Assembly: GCA_028874365.1 (NCBI GenBank)
Contig: JAPPJZ010000061.1
Coordinates: forward strand, 2,352 to 66,351
DNA: 64,000 bases
Direction: 5' to 3'
From: Chloroflexota bacterium
Lineage (GTDB): Bacteria; Chloroflexota; Dehalococcoidia; Bin125
Positions 8,674-18,582 of this stretch are shown here, one piece after another. Numbering within the stretch: position 1 is the first letter of the stretch; every line of letters begins with the position of its first letter. The position numbers and the translations under genes are program-made. The notes beneath the pieces are model-generated. The model did no database searches, was not told where the DNA came from, and saw only the letters and a program-made list of their open reading frames with translations.

Positions 8674-10968
8674 ATGACCTCAGACTCCGACCACATCGTC
8701 TGGTTCGCCGAAGTCGGACGGGACGATGTCTCCCTTGTTGGCGGGAAGGGAGCGAACCTGGGCGAACTCACCCAGGCCAACATTCCCGTTCCTCCGGGAT
8801 TTGTGGTGACGACTCGCGCGTATCGACAGTTCATCGATCACAGCGGTCTGAATCACACGCTCCGACGCCTGCTTCGCGGCCTCAACGTGGACGACGACGA
8901 GCAGCTCAACGCCGTCGCCGACGCCGTGCAGCACGCGATCGAGCAGGCCGAGATGCCGGCGGCTATGCAGGAGGAGATCACCGCAGCCTACGGACAACTC
9001 GGGGAAGGACCGGTGGCGGTCCGCAGCTCCGCGACAGCGGAGGATCTGGCCGAGGCATCGTTCGCCGGTCAGCAAGCCACGTTCCTGAACATTGAAGGCG
9101 GAGTAAATGTCGTCGAGGCCGTGCAACGCTGCTGGGCCTCGCTGTTCGAGCCCAGGGCCATCTTCTACCGGGAGCAGGCCGGCTGGGGGCATCTCGACGT
9201 CGATCTGGCCGTCCCCGTGCAGCGCATGGTTCAGAGCCAGTCCTCGGGCGTGATGTTCACTGTCGATCCGATGACCAACGACACCAACCGTGTCGTCATC
9301 GAGGCAGCATTCGGGCTCGGCGAGGCGGTTGTCGGCGGGCTGGTTTCACCGGATCACTTCGAAGTCGACAAGTCCGCCGGGAAGATCCTCGAGCGCCAGA
9401 TATTCATGCAGGACCGAAGACTCGTCCGGTCACCGGACGGACTGATCGACCCGGTGCACGGCCCCAACATCTGGCAGGAGTTGTCCGAGACCGAGGGATC
9501 CGCGCCGAAGCTGGACGACGAACAGGTTGTCGCACTGTGCGCGATCGGCAAACGGATCGAGTCGCACTACGGTTCGCCGCAGGACATCGAGTGGGGATGG
9601 GCGGACGGGCAGTTCTACCTCCTGCAGACGCGTCCAATCACGACCGTCGCGCGTCCGACGAAGACCAACGGAGACAATCCCGCGCCAACCCCGACGGCAG
9701 AGCCAATTCTTGATGGTTCGCCCGCATCGCCTGGTATCGCGACCGGGAAGATTCGGGTGATTCTCGACGCCCGCCAGACCGCCAGCATCGGCGAGGGTGA
9801 TGTCCTGGTCGCGGAAATGACCACGCCCGACTTCGTGCCCGCGATGAAGCGCGCCGCGGCGATCATCACCGAGCGCGGCGGACGAACCTGTCACGCAGCG
9901 ATCATCTCGCGCGAACTCGGCGTGCCATGTGTCGTCGGAGCATCCGGCGCCGCCAAACTGGCAGAGGGTCGCGAGGTTACGGTCGATGGCGCCAACGGGC
10001 TGATCTACGACGGGGTCCTGACTGAACTGCTCGACTGGTGGCACGACCGTGAGGATGAGCTGTACGCCCCGATCGCGACCGAGACCAAGCTGTACGTCAA
10101 TCTCGCCGAACCCGAGATCGCGGACCGGGTCGCTGACCGCGACGTTGACGGCGTTGGCCTGTTGCGGGCCGAGTTCATCATCGCTCGCCTGGGCGAACAC
10201 CCGCGCAACTTCATCAACACCGGTCGACAGGACGAATATGTACGCCGTCTGGCGGAGGGCATGCGTAAGATTGCGTCCGCCTTCGATCCGCGGCCGGTGG
10301 TGTATCGCGCCACCGACTTCAAGACCAACGAATACGCGAACCTGACCGGCGGCGGCATCTACGAACCGGACGAAGAAAACCCGATGATCGGCTATCGCGG
10401 TGCGGCCCGATACATCCGCGAACCAGACTTGTTTGAGTTGGAACTGCGGGCGCTAGAGGAGGTCCGCGAGGACCACCCCAATCTGCACCTGATGATTCCC
10501 TTCGTCCGCACGCCGGACGAGATGGAGCAGGTCGTACAGCAAGTCGACGCGTACGGGCTCGACCGCGCCCCGGATGTTCCAGGTGGATTCCAGCTCTGGA
10601 TGATGGTCGAGGTACCGTCTAACGTCTGGCTGCTCGACGAGTTCATCGACTGCGGTATCGATGGCGTCTCGATCGGCTCGAATGACCTGACGCAGCTCAC
10701 GCTTGGCATCGACCGCGACTCCGAGCGGTTTGCCGATACGTTCGACGAACGCAACCCGGCCGTGCTCAAGGCCATCGAACACGTGATCGCCACCGCCAAG
10801 CGGCGCGGAATCACCGTCTCGGTTTGCGGACAGGGGCCATCGGAACATCCCGACCTCGCGCAGCGTCTAGTTGACTGGGGCATCACTTCGATCTCTGTGA
10901 CCCCTGATGTGATCGAGCAGACACGCCGTCTGGTCGCCAACGCCGAAGCTCAACGTCAACGTCGCTAG
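8674..10968 (+). CDS. ppsA: Phosphoenolpyruvate synthase (pyruvate, water dikinase)
   Basis: N-terminal ATP-grasp signature VWFAEVGRDDVSLVGGKGANLGEL, a central phospho-histidine domain (GGRTCHAAIISRELGVPCVVG) and a C-terminal PEP-utilising TIM barrel. Confidence 0.9.
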   Translation: MTSDSDHIVWFAEVGRDDVSLVGGKGANLGELTQANIPVPPGFVVTTRAYRQFIDHSGLNHTLRRLLRGLNVDDDEQLNAVADAVQHAIEQAEMPAAMQEEITAAYGQLGEGPVAVRSSATAEDLAEASFAGQQATFLNIEGGVNVVEAVQRCWASLFEPRAIFYREQAGWGHLDVDLAVPVQRMVQSQSSGVMFTVDPMTNDTNRVVIEAAFGLGEAVVGGLVSPDHFEVDKSAGKILERQIFMQDRRLVRSPDGLIDPVHGPNIWQELSETEGSAPKLDDEQVVALCAIGKRIESHYGSPQDIEWGWADGQFYLLQTRPITTVARPTKTNGDNPAPTPTAEPILDGSPASPGIATGKIRVILDARQTASIGEGDVLVAEMTTPDFVPAMKRAAAIITERGGRTCHAAIISRELGVPCVVGASGAAKLAEGREVTVDGANGLIYDGVLTELLDWWHDREDELYAPIATETKLYVNLAEPEIADRVADRDVDGVGLLRAEFIIARLGEHPRNFINTGRQDEYVRRLAEGMRKIASAFDPRPVVYRATDFKTNEYANLTGGGIYEPDEENPMIGYRGAARYIREPDLFELELRALEEVREDHPNLHLMIPFVRTPDEMEQVVQQVDAYGLDRAPDVPGGFQLWMMVEVPSNVWLLDEFIDCGIDGVSIGSNDLTQLTLGIDRDSERFADTFDERNPAVLKAIEHVIATAKRRGITVSVCGQGPSEHPDLAQRLVDWGITSISVTPDVIEQTRRLVANAEAQRQRR

Positions 10969-11054
10969 CCTCGGCGCCGCCGCGATATAGAGTGACGGCG
11001 AACCTGTCCGACAGAACTTGGGCGTCGGTCCAATAGGCAGGCGGCTGGAGACGA

Positions 11055-12950
11055 ATGGGCAGTCGGGTCGGTTCCATCGCGATCCTGATGGTCATCGGTG
11101 GCATCGTCGCTGCCGTCGTCATCGTTATCAGCCGACTCGACCTGCTCGATACCGGTGAACCCGACGCGCCGGTCATGGTCCTCTCGATCGACGAGGGCGA
11201 ACTGGTTCTGCTCAACGAGCCCCTCAGTATCACCGTCACCATCTCGTCCGGAAATCCGATCGCGACCCTTGAGTTGTTCGCGGACGAAGTCTCGATCGCT
11301 TCAATCTTGCCCGCCTATTCCGCCGACCGAGGAGCGTTTATCGGCTCCTTCGTCTGGACCCCGGATCGACTCGGATTCGCCGACGTTCGCGTCGTCGCGC
11401 TCGACGACCAGGGTGTGGAGTCATCGCGCACGATCCGGGTCGAGGTAACGGACGATCAGGCACGCGTCGCAGCCGCGCTTCGTGTGCAGGTCCTAGGCAT
11501 CGCCCCTCTTCAGCAGTTCGTCGCGGGCACTGAGATACACATCGCGATCTCGGCGACTGGAAACCAAGAGATCGAGCGATTCGACATGCTGGTCAACGGA
11601 GAGTTCCAAGCCTCTATCACGCCCGTGCGAAATGAGGACGGGCAGTACATTGCTGCATTCTTCTGGACGCATGACAAACCGGGCGAAGTCGAAGTCACCA
11701 TTGTGGCCATTGACGTCAGTGGAAGGCGAGAGGCTAAGACCATTCCCGTGATCCTCATTCCGCAAGACGGCTCGACGCCCGCGACTGAAGCCGATGAGCA
11801 AGTAGACCCGGACTCACAACGGGAGTCGAGCACGCCGGGCGATCAGGCCGACACCGGCATCGGCGTGGCACTGATCGAGTCGCCCGAGGACGGCGAGCGC
11901 TTCACCCTCGATGCTGATTTATCCATCGATGTCAAACTGGCGGCGCGAAACGTCGGCGCCGTCGCCAGCGCTCTGCTCTACATCACCCCGGTCGCGCCAG
12001 ACAACACTCTCGGCAGTTCAGTCCTGATCCACTCGTCTGAAGGGCACGCCCCCGGCGACTACAGCGAACGAATCGCCGATGTCGAGCGCTGGATCACCAG
12101 CTCTGGATCGTACGAGCTGCAACTCGTGGTGTTCACTCCTGACGACGAGCGCTACGACGACCGGATCATGATCCACATCGTCGCAGTAGCCGATCGCGAC
12201 GACGGCAGCAGCGGCGACGCCCAGCAGGACGACGCGCCGCCGGCCAGCGACGAAATCGACCTGGCGATCGTCACCGCCCGACAGGCCGACGATGATCGGC
12301 AACGGCTCAACGTGTCGATCACCAACCAGAGCACGGTCGACATCGAGCGGACCGATGTCGTGATCACCGTGGTCGACGCCCGAGACGGGGCCGAACTGGC
12401 CAGCGCCGCCGTCACACTCGGCATCGAGTCCGATGCGCTGCGAACGATCCCCCTCGACCTTGACCTTGAGCCAGGCGTTGACGTCGAAGCGTTTGTGTTG
12501 CTTGAGGCCCTCGCCGACACCGACACGAGCAACAACCGGTTGTCGATCACGCTGACCGCCCCGCCCGAGGGTCAGCCCGAGCAGGGCGGAGAGCAACAAT
12601 CCGAGCAGCAGGAGTCTCAGGATCGGCCAGATCCGGCCGGTCCAAGTCCTGACCTCACGTTCCTCGACGTCCAGGCCACCAACGACGGCTACATCCTGAT
12701 GACCGTCATCAACAGCGGCGCCGGGACTGCCGAGACGTTCTTCATCGTGATCACCGATCAATCCGGCGAGCAGCTGGAGACGATCTCGCGCCGCGATGGC
12801 GATGCACAGTCGCTTGGCCCTGGGGAAACCCAGATTCTGACGAGTCTGCAGCCCCATTCCGGGACCGTTGACATCACCGTCGTGGTGGGCGGCGACTCGG
12901 TCGAGCAGGAATTGGACAACAACCGAGTCACGTTCCAGATTCCCGGCTAG
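11055..12950 (+). CDS. Membrane-anchored acidic surface protein with repeated Ig-like domains and two C-terminal CARDB-like domains
   Basis: N-terminal TM helix (SIAILMVIGGIVAAVVIVI). At least three ~100-aa beta-rich repeats follow. Two C-terminal domains fit the CARDB pattern (VTLTAP...; LDVQATNDGYILMTVINSGAGTAETFFIVITDQSGEQLETI...GPGETQ...VDITVVVGGDSVEQELDNNRVTFQIP). GC3 is high throughout. Good GGAG RBS 5 nt upstream. Confidence 0.5.
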   Translation: MGSRVGSIAILMVIGGIVAAVVIVISRLDLLDTGEPDAPVMVLSIDEGELVLLNEPLSITVTISSGNPIATLELFADEVSIASILPAYSADRGAFIGSFVWTPDRLGFADVRVVALDDQGVESSRTIRVEVTDDQARVAAALRVQVLGIAPLQQFVAGTEIHIAISATGNQEIERFDMLVNGEFQASITPVRNEDGQYIAAFFWTHDKPGEVEVTIVAIDVSGRREAKTIPVILIPQDGSTPATEADEQVDPDSQRESSTPGDQADTGIGVALIESPEDGERFTLDADLSIDVKLAARNVGAVASALLYITPVAPDNTLGSSVLIHSSEGHAPGDYSERIADVERWITSSGSYELQLVVFTPDDERYDDRIMIHIVAVADRDDGSSGDAQQDDAPPASDEIDLAIVTARQADDDRQRLNVSITNQSTVDIERTDVVITVVDARDGAELASAAVTLGIESDALRTIPLDLDLEPGVDVEAFVLLEALADTDTSNNRLSITLTAPPEGQPEQGGEQQSEQQESQDRPDPAGPSPDLTFLDVQATNDGYILMTVINSGAGTAETFFIVITDQSGEQLETISRRDGDAQSLGPGETQILTSLQPHSGTVDITVVVGGDSVEQELDNNRVTFQIPG

Positions 12951-12960
12951 GACATCCTCT

Positions 12961-13012
12961 TCAATATTTCGTCTTCACGAATATTGATAAAAGTTCCGCA
13001 TCAACGTAAATT
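12961..13012 (+). promoter_or_regulatory. Candidate sigma-A promoter (TTGATA-N17-TAAATT) with an overlapping imperfect palindrome, upstream of dnaG-rpoD
   Basis: 12951-13020 is ~35% GC in a ~66% GC genome. Palindrome TCAATATTTCG-N6-CGAATATTGA lies at 12961-12987. TTGATA is at 12984-12989 and TAAATT at 13007-13012, with 17-bp spacing. Confidence 0.35.
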
Positions 13013-13062
13013 TGGCGTATGCCCTTTTGGCCCTTCGTCGTTTGTCCGCCGGGTTCCCGCGC

Positions 13063-14931
13063 ATGTCGGTAGCCGAGGAGATCAAGGCGAAGGTCGATAT
13101 CGTCGACCTAATCGCCGCCGAGGTCCAGCTCAAGCGGAGCGGCTCCTCCTTCAAAGCTCCCTGTCCCTTCCACGCCGAGAAGACACCATCGTTCATCGTT
13201 AACCCCGACCGCCAGACTTGGCACTGCTTTGGCGCATGCTCCGAAGGCGGCGATGTCTTCAGCTGGGAGATGAAGCGCCACAACGTTGACTTCCGTGAGG
13301 CGCTGCAACGTCTGGCCCAGCGCGCCGGCGTCCAGCTGCGACCGCGAACGCCGGAGCAGACGCAGAAGGACGAACAGCGACAACGTCTGATTCGCGCAAA
13401 CGACGCGGCGCTGCATTTCTGGCGCGCGCAGCTCCAGGATCTGTCGACCGGGCGCGAGGCGCAGGACTATCTGCGCGAACGGGGCATCTCCGCTGAAGCC
13501 GCTCAGCGCTTCAACCTGGGTCTCGCCGGCTCGGCGCCCGACGCCTTGGCACACCACCTCCCCGCCAGGGGCCACCAAACTAGCGATGCCGAGGCGGCTG
13601 GTCTCATCTTGAACACGGAGAATGGCCCGCGCGATCGATTCCGCGACCGACTGATTTTCCCGATCCGCAATGCACGCGGCGAGACCGTCGGGTTCGGCGG
13701 CCGCACACTCATCGACGAGCCGGCCAAGTACGTCAATACGCCCGAATCCGATCTCTTCCGCAAGCGTGATCTGCTCTACGGTCTCGACCTGGCTCGCCCG
13801 GCAATTCGTGAAGCCGGATCGGTGATCATCGTCGAGGGCTACACGGATGTGATTAGCGCCCACGAGTACGGCAGTCCGAACGCCGTCGCCTCCATGGGCA
13901 CGGCGCTGACGGAGGCGCAGATCGGTCTGATCAAGCCACTCGCGACCGATGTCCGCCTCGCGCTCGACCCGGACGCTGCCGGCCAGGCAGCCGCCCGCCG
14001 CGGCATTGACACCGCGAGGCAGGCGATCGGTGCCGAGCAGCGCGTCGCGACCGACTTCCACCGCGTCGGCGCGCTGCAGAATCAGCTCTCCAACGACATC
14101 AGGATCATCCCCTTGCCCGAAGGCCGCGATCCGGATGACCTGATTCGCTCCGAACCCGAACTCTGGCAGCAGCTCGTCGAGAATGCCCCAACGTTCCTCG
14201 ACTGGCTGGTCGATCACGCGAGAGGCCGCCACGATCTCGACAGCCCCCGCGGGCGAGCCGACTTCATCGACTATCTGATGCCCACGATCCGCACGATTGG
14301 ACACGCCGTGATGCGCGAGGAGTATGTCCGCCGCGTCGCTGCCTGGGCGCGAGTGGACCCGACATCGCTGCTGACGCGATACTCCGCCCCCAGTCCGTCC
14401 AAGAACGGCTCCGTGGCGCCGGCGGGGCGTGAAACCGGACGCCAACGAGACCGCCAACAGACGTTCATCGTGCAAGTGGCGCTCAGTCACGTGGCGACGC
14501 GGGATGGCATTGACCACGGTGTCCTCGAACTGATCGATGATTCCGAAGACCGCGCGATCCTCAGCGCCAGGATCAACTCGCCTGAAACGTCCTGGGCTGA
14601 CCACTTGACAGATTCTGCTGGGAGAATCGCGCAACTGCTACGTGACGCGAAGCATCTTCCGCCCTACAGTGACGCGGAAGCCAGCGCGGCCGTGGAAGAT
14701 GCCGCCAATCGCATTCGCAGAAATCGCAGCAAAGAGGGCCTTCGCCTGAAAAACCTTGAGATTGGCGAGCACGAACGCGAACTCGGCGCCGACGAGCTCG
14801 CCCGCGCCGCCGCGCTCCTGGACAACAGCGAGCTTTGCGACCCCGACCTCGCAGAGGCGGCGGGCACGGTCGTACACGCCCGAGACGAAGCCAGGAATCT
14901 ACATCAAGCGTCCCGTTGGGGGGCGGATTGA
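13063..14931 (+). CDS. dnaG: DNA primase
   Basis: CHC2 zinc finger FKAPCPFHAEKTPSFIVNPDRQTWHCFGACSEGGDVFSW, a TOPRIM domain (IIVEGYTDVISAHEYG...LDPDAAGQAA) and a C-terminal helicase-binding region. Start taken at in-frame ATG 13063 (MSVAEEIKAKVDIVDL); the ORF track begins at 13012. Confidence 0.9.
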   Translation: MSVAEEIKAKVDIVDLIAAEVQLKRSGSSFKAPCPFHAEKTPSFIVNPDRQTWHCFGACSEGGDVFSWEMKRHNVDFREALQRLAQRAGVQLRPRTPEQTQKDEQRQRLIRANDAALHFWRAQLQDLSTGREAQDYLRERGISAEAAQRFNLGLAGSAPDALAHHLPARGHQTSDAEAAGLILNTENGPRDRFRDRLIFPIRNARGETVGFGGRTLIDEPAKYVNTPESDLFRKRDLLYGLDLARPAIREAGSVIIVEGYTDVISAHEYGSPNAVASMGTALTEAQIGLIKPLATDVRLALDPDAAGQAAARRGIDTARQAIGAEQRVATDFHRVGALQNQLSNDIRIIPLPEGRDPDDLIRSEPELWQQLVENAPTFLDWLVDHARGRHDLDSPRGRADFIDYLMPTIRTIGHAVMREEYVRRVAAWARVDPTSLLTRYSAPSPSKNGSVAPAGRETGRQRDRQQTFIVQVALSHVATRDGIDHGVLELIDDSEDRAILSARINSPETSWADHLTDSAGRIAQLLRDAKHLPPYSDAEASAAVEDAANRIRRNRSKEGLRLKNLEIGEHERELGADELARAAALLDNSELCDPDLAEAAGTVVHARDEARNLHQASRWGAD

Positions 14932-14983
14932 TGCTGAACACATGCTCCGACGCACGGGGACCAGTTGAGAAGGGACCACAATC

Positions 14984-17092
14984 ATGGTGATCGCTCGAAA
15001 GGCCGCCGCCGGTGCAACAACTGAAGTCGCTCCACCAATAGCTGAGTCTCCAACCGATGGGCCATCGAGTCCAACTGGCAACACTCAGGCCAATGGCGCA
15101 GGAACGGTCATCGGCAAGGCTCCGAGCAGTCGCAAGAAGTCCGCTCCGGTCGCAACTGCGGACGTTCTTGCCGTCCGTGCGCGAGAGGCCGACGTCACCG
15201 CTCACCTCGTCGGCAGCCTCCGGCAACTGGTGCGCGACCAACTCGGCGACCGCCGGGTTACTGCCGAGGCGCCGGGACAGCGGAAGCCTCGAGCGGTCGC
15301 CAAGTCCGAAGAGGAAGCGCGCGTCCGTGCGCTGACTGCTCCGGTCGACGAGTTCTCGATGCCCGCTGGGCGCCGAACGATCAACCTGGCCGAGCAACCG
15401 AAGCGAACCACGAAGAAGTCAACCAAGGCGGCGCCAACGCCGAAGAAGGCGGCCGAACGTCGCAACCAGGCCAAGATGCACGAAGAGCGCCAGATCTCCC
15501 ACGCGTCGGTGGCCAGCTTCACCCTGACCGGCGAAGAGTCCGAGGAAGAGGTCAGCTCCCTGGGCGAGCTGCTGGGCGTACTCGATCGACCGCTGCAGCC
15601 CAAGCCGGAGCCCAAGCCGAAGCAGACTGGTCGCAGAGGCCGGGGCGGGAAGTCGCGCGGGCGTGGGCGAGGCAAAGGCAAGGCCGAGCCCGCCGCGCCG
15701 CAGACGCCTTCGGTTGACCTCTACGGGCGAACCAAGGAAGTCAGCTCGCGCCGGATCATCGAGATGCGCAAAGAAGGCCGCCAGAGCGTCCACGAGGAGG
15801 CGGAAGGCGTCGACGACCCCGTGCGCATGTATCTGCGCGAGATCGGTCGCGTCAACCTGCTCACCGCGCAGGATGAGCGTCACCTCTCACGCCAGATGGA
15901 GGAAGGCAACTGGATCCGCGACTTCGAGGAAGAATGGCGCATCCTCAACGGTCGCTGGCCGACCGCCATTGAGATCACGATCTTCCTGCTGCTGCAGCTG
16001 GAGTCGTTGCTGCCCGAGATCGCCGTCATCGCCGAGGAGATCGGCAAGGCTGAGTTGTCGCTCTTCGACCTGACGAAGGACGCTGACTTCCGAGACCGGG
16101 TCGACCAGGAGATGGATCCGGAACTGCGCGAGGCGCTGATCAACCGGTTCCAGCCGGTAGACGAAGAGTACGACGAAGCGCGGGCAGAAGAGCGACTGGT
16201 TCAGGTCTCGGTCGTGACTCACATCTTCGATCAACGCCATGTCCGCCACCTGCTGCGCACGGCAGGCGGGGTGGACCAGCTGATCCCCTGCCCCTCCGAC
16301 CTGGATTCGAAGCTCGAGCCGATCAGCCTCCGTTGCGAGCGGCACGTCGGTGTGCTGAAGGAGGACGCTTACCTCTCCGAGAAGCGCCTGACCGAGGCCA
16401 ACCTGCGACTGGTCGTCTCCGTTGCCAAGAAGTACATCGGCCGCGGCATGTCGATGCTCGACCTGATCCAGGAAGGCAACATCGGCCTGGTCCGCGCGGT
16501 CGAGAAGTTCGACTACCGCAAGGGCTACAAGTTCTCGACGTATGCCACCTGGTGGATTCGCCAGGCGATTACGCGCGCGATCGCGGATCAGGCCCGCACG
16601 ATCCGCATCCCCGTGCACATGGTCGAGACGATCAACAAACAGGTCCGCGTCTCCCGACGGCTCGTGCAGGAACTGGGTCGCGAGCCGACCTATGAGGAGA
16701 TCGGCCAGGGCATGGGCGTTGATGCGCAGCGCGTGCGAGAGATCATCAAGGTCTCGCAGGAACCGGTTTCGCTGGAGACGCCGATCGGGGAAGAGGACGA
16801 CAGCCACCTCGGCGACTTCGTTGAGGACGAGAAGATGGTCGCGCCGGACGCGGCAGCCGGTCAGCAACTGCTTAAGGAGACTGTTAGCGCGGTACTTGGT
16901 TCACTGTCGCCACGCGAGCGCCAGGTGCTTGAACTGCGTTTCGGGCTCGGCGACGGTCGCGCGCGCACGCTGGAGGAGGTCGGCCGCGACTTCGACGTGA
17001 CGCGCGAGCGCATCCGTCAGATCGAGGCCAAGGCACTACGCCAGCTTCGTCACCCCACCCGCGCCACTCGCCTGCGCGACTACATCGAGTAG
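14984..17092 (+). CDS. rpoD: Primary (group 1) RNA polymerase sigma factor with long low-complexity N-terminal extension
   Basis: Region 1.2 ([21 protein letters not shown]), 2.x ([60 protein letters not shown]), region 3 and region 4.2 ([30 protein letters not shown]). Directly downstream of dnaG. Confidence 0.95.
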   Translation: MVIARKAAAGATTEVAPPIAESPTDGPSSPTGNTQANGAGTVIGKAPSSRKKSAPVATADVLAVRAREADVTAHLVGSLRQLVRDQLGDRRVTAEAPGQRKPRAVAKSEEEARVRALTAPVDEFSMPAGRRTINLAEQPKRTTKKSTKAAPTPKKAAERRNQAKMHEERQISHASVASFTLTGEESEEEVSSLGELLGVLDRPLQPKPEPKPKQTGRRGRGGKSRGRGRGKGKAEPAAPQTPSVDLYGRTKEVSSRRIIEMRKEGRQSVHEEAEGVDDPVRMYLREIGRVNLLTAQDERHLSRQMEEGNWIRDFEEEWRILNGRWPTAIEITIFLLLQLESLLPEIAVIAEEIGKAELSLFDLTKDADFRDRVDQEMDPELREALINRFQPVDEEYDEARAEERLVQVSVVTHIFDQRHVRHLLRTAGGVDQLIPCPSDLDSKLEPISLRCERHVGVLKEDAYLSEKRLTEANLRLVVSVAKKYIGRGMSMLDLIQEGNIGLVRAVEKFDYRKGYKFSTYATWWIRQAITRAIADQARTIRIPVHMVETINKQVRVSRRLVQELGREPTYEEIGQGMGVDAQRVREIIKVSQEPVSLETPIGEEDDSHLGDFVEDEKMVAPDAAAGQQLLKETVSAVLGSLSPRERQVLELRFGLGDGRARTLEEVGRDFDVTRERIRQIEAKALRQLRHPTRATRLRDYIE

Positions 17093-17110
17093 TCACCACG
17101 GACTTCGATC

Positions 17111-17575
17111 ATGTGGCAAGACGTCGCCAACCTGCTCACCCGCCTCGGCCTCATGAAGCCGATGGAGGACCTGTCGGTCCGATTGACGGGCTATTCAGTC
17201 GCTGCTCGCATGATCACGTGGAACGAGGGCGTTCCCTACATCAACTCATTGATGCTGCGCACGGTCGGGGCGAAGTCGGGCGACCTGCGTGACGCCGTGC
17301 TGTTCTACTTCGCCGACGGAGACAGCTGGGTGATCATCGGCTCGGTCGGCGGTGGTCCGAAGCACCCGGCCTGGGTCCACAACCTGCGCGCCAATCCCCA
17401 CGCCTGGGTGTTCGTCGATCGCAAGCGTCACCCCGTCGAGGCCGAGTTCGTCGAAGGCGACGAGCGGGATCGTCTGTGGTCGGCGGCGGCCGAAGTCTGG
17501 CCACCGTTCCACCAGTACGAAGAGAACGCCCGCCCGCGCCGGATCGAAGTGATCCGGCTGAATCCAAGCGCTTGA
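17111..17575 (+). CDS. Deazaflavin (F420H2)-dependent nitroreductase-family oxidoreductase (DDN-like, split-barrel)
   Basis: GGGPKHPAWVHNLRANPHAWVFVDRKRHPVEAEFVEGDERDRLW matches the conserved core of DUF385/Ddn-family proteins. Confidence 0.8.
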   Translation: MWQDVANLLTRLGLMKPMEDLSVRLTGYSVAARMITWNEGVPYINSLMLRTVGAKSGDLRDAVLFYFADGDSWVIIGSVGGGPKHPAWVHNLRANPHAWVFVDRKRHPVEAEFVEGDERDRLWSAAAEVWPPFHQYEENARPRRIEVIRLNPSA

Positions 17576-18496
17576 TCAGAGCGTCGGCGCCAACGAACCC
17601 AGGAGCTCTTCGGTACGAGAGCGTTGGTCTTCGGTTCCGAAGACGACGCCGACGAAGTCGGTGGTACCGGCGTCCTTGAGCTGACGCAGCTGCGTTTCAA
17701 TCTGTTCCTCGGTCCCGAGCACGGCCACATCCTCGGGATGGGCAGCGCCCTGCTTGTCCAGCATCGAGCGGTACGAGGGCAGGCGCTCGTAGTTGGCGAA
17801 CTGCTCGGCAGCGGTCGCGCGAGCGGCATCGACATCGGAGTTGAGCATGACCGGCAGCCCGACCACGATGCGTGGATGCGGGCGCCCGGCTTCGTCGGCG
17901 GCGGCGTTCATTGTCGGCGCGATGTAGGACTCGACGACGTTTGCGGCCGTCATCCAGAGGATCGTGCCATCGGTGCGCGCGCCGGCCAGGCGGAGCATGG
18001 CCGGACCCATTGCGGCCAACATGCAGGAGACCGGCTTCTCGGCGTCGGGCACGTCCAGGCTGACCTGGCCGCGGTAGTGTTCGCCGTCGGTCTGGACCGG
18101 TTCACCGTTCAGCAGCGGGAGCAGGACATCGAGGTATTCCTTCATGTGGCGGGCGGGCCGGTCGAAGGAGTAGCCGAACATGCCCTCGATCACAATCTTG
18201 TGCGACAGGCCGATACCCATCACGAAGCGCTTGCCGCCGGCGGCGGCCTGGACAGTGAGCGCCTGCTGGGCCATCGCGTGCGGGTGGCGGGGATAGGTCG
18301 GCACGACGGCGGTCATCAGCTCGATTCGCTCGGTCTCCGCCCCGGCGAGCGTGAGTGCGCCCATGGCGTCGTGGGAAAAGATGTTGGCCATACCGAAGGT
18401 TGAGAAGCCAGCCGCTTCGGCGCGCTGGGCCTGCTCGACGATGTTCTGCACGCTCGGAGCCGGTCCGGCGCCGCCGATGAAGATTCCGATCTGCAT
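17576..18496 (-). CDS. LLM-class (luciferase-like) flavin/F420-dependent oxidoreductase
   Basis: TIM-barrel LLM signature MQIGIFIGG..., GFSTFGMANIFSHD, RFVMGIGLSHKIV; 306 aa. Convergent with the DDN-like gene; the stops abut. Confidence 0.8.
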   Translation of the reverse strand: MQIGIFIGGAGPAPSVQNIVEQAQRAEAAGFSTFGMANIFSHDAMGALTLAGAETERIELMTAVVPTYPRHPHAMAQQALTVQAAAGGKRFVMGIGLSHKIVIEGMFGYSFDRPARHMKEYLDVLLPLLNGEPVQTDGEHYRGQVSLDVPDAEKPVSCMLAAMGPAMLRLAGARTDGTILWMTAANVVESYIAPTMNAAADEAGRPHPRIVVGLPVMLNSDVDAARATAAEQFANYERLPSYRSMLDKQGAAHPEDVAVLGTEEQIETQLRQLKDAGTTDFVGVVFGTEDQRSRTEELLGSLAPTL

Positions 18497-18542
18497 ACTC
18501 TGTTCCTGTTCGATTCGCTGCGTCGTCGGATTAGCAGCGGGG

Positions 18543-18582
18543 AACCCTCACCCTAACCCTCTCCCTCAGGGAGAGGGGATCA
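18543..18582. repeat. Copy A of a GC-rich palindromic intergenic repeat family: CCCTCACCCTAACC + hairpin CCCTCTCCC-TCAG-GGAGAGGGG
   Basis: Perfect 9-10 bp stem with 4-nt loop. Lies in the 83-bp gap between two minus-strand genes. The same core recurs at 19803, 19914 and 20880. Confidence 0.85.

Noticed and set aside
12961-12987. Reading the dnaG-upstream palindrome as a LexA/SOS box
   Set aside because: TCAATATTTCG-N6-CGAATATTGA does not match GAAC-N4-GTTC (Cheo) or TCGAAC-N4-GTTCGA (actinobacterial) consensus. It is kept only as an unassigned operator candidate.
18497-18582. Peptides such as HPNPLPQGEGI / PHPNPLPRGEGTGSGRG translated from the repeat copies, appearing in several six-frame ORFs (18351-18779, 19671-20285, 19759-20028, 20686-21072)
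   Set aside because: They arise from the palindromic repeat on both strands and lie in gaps between well-supported genes. They are a non-coding repeat, not a conserved protein motif.
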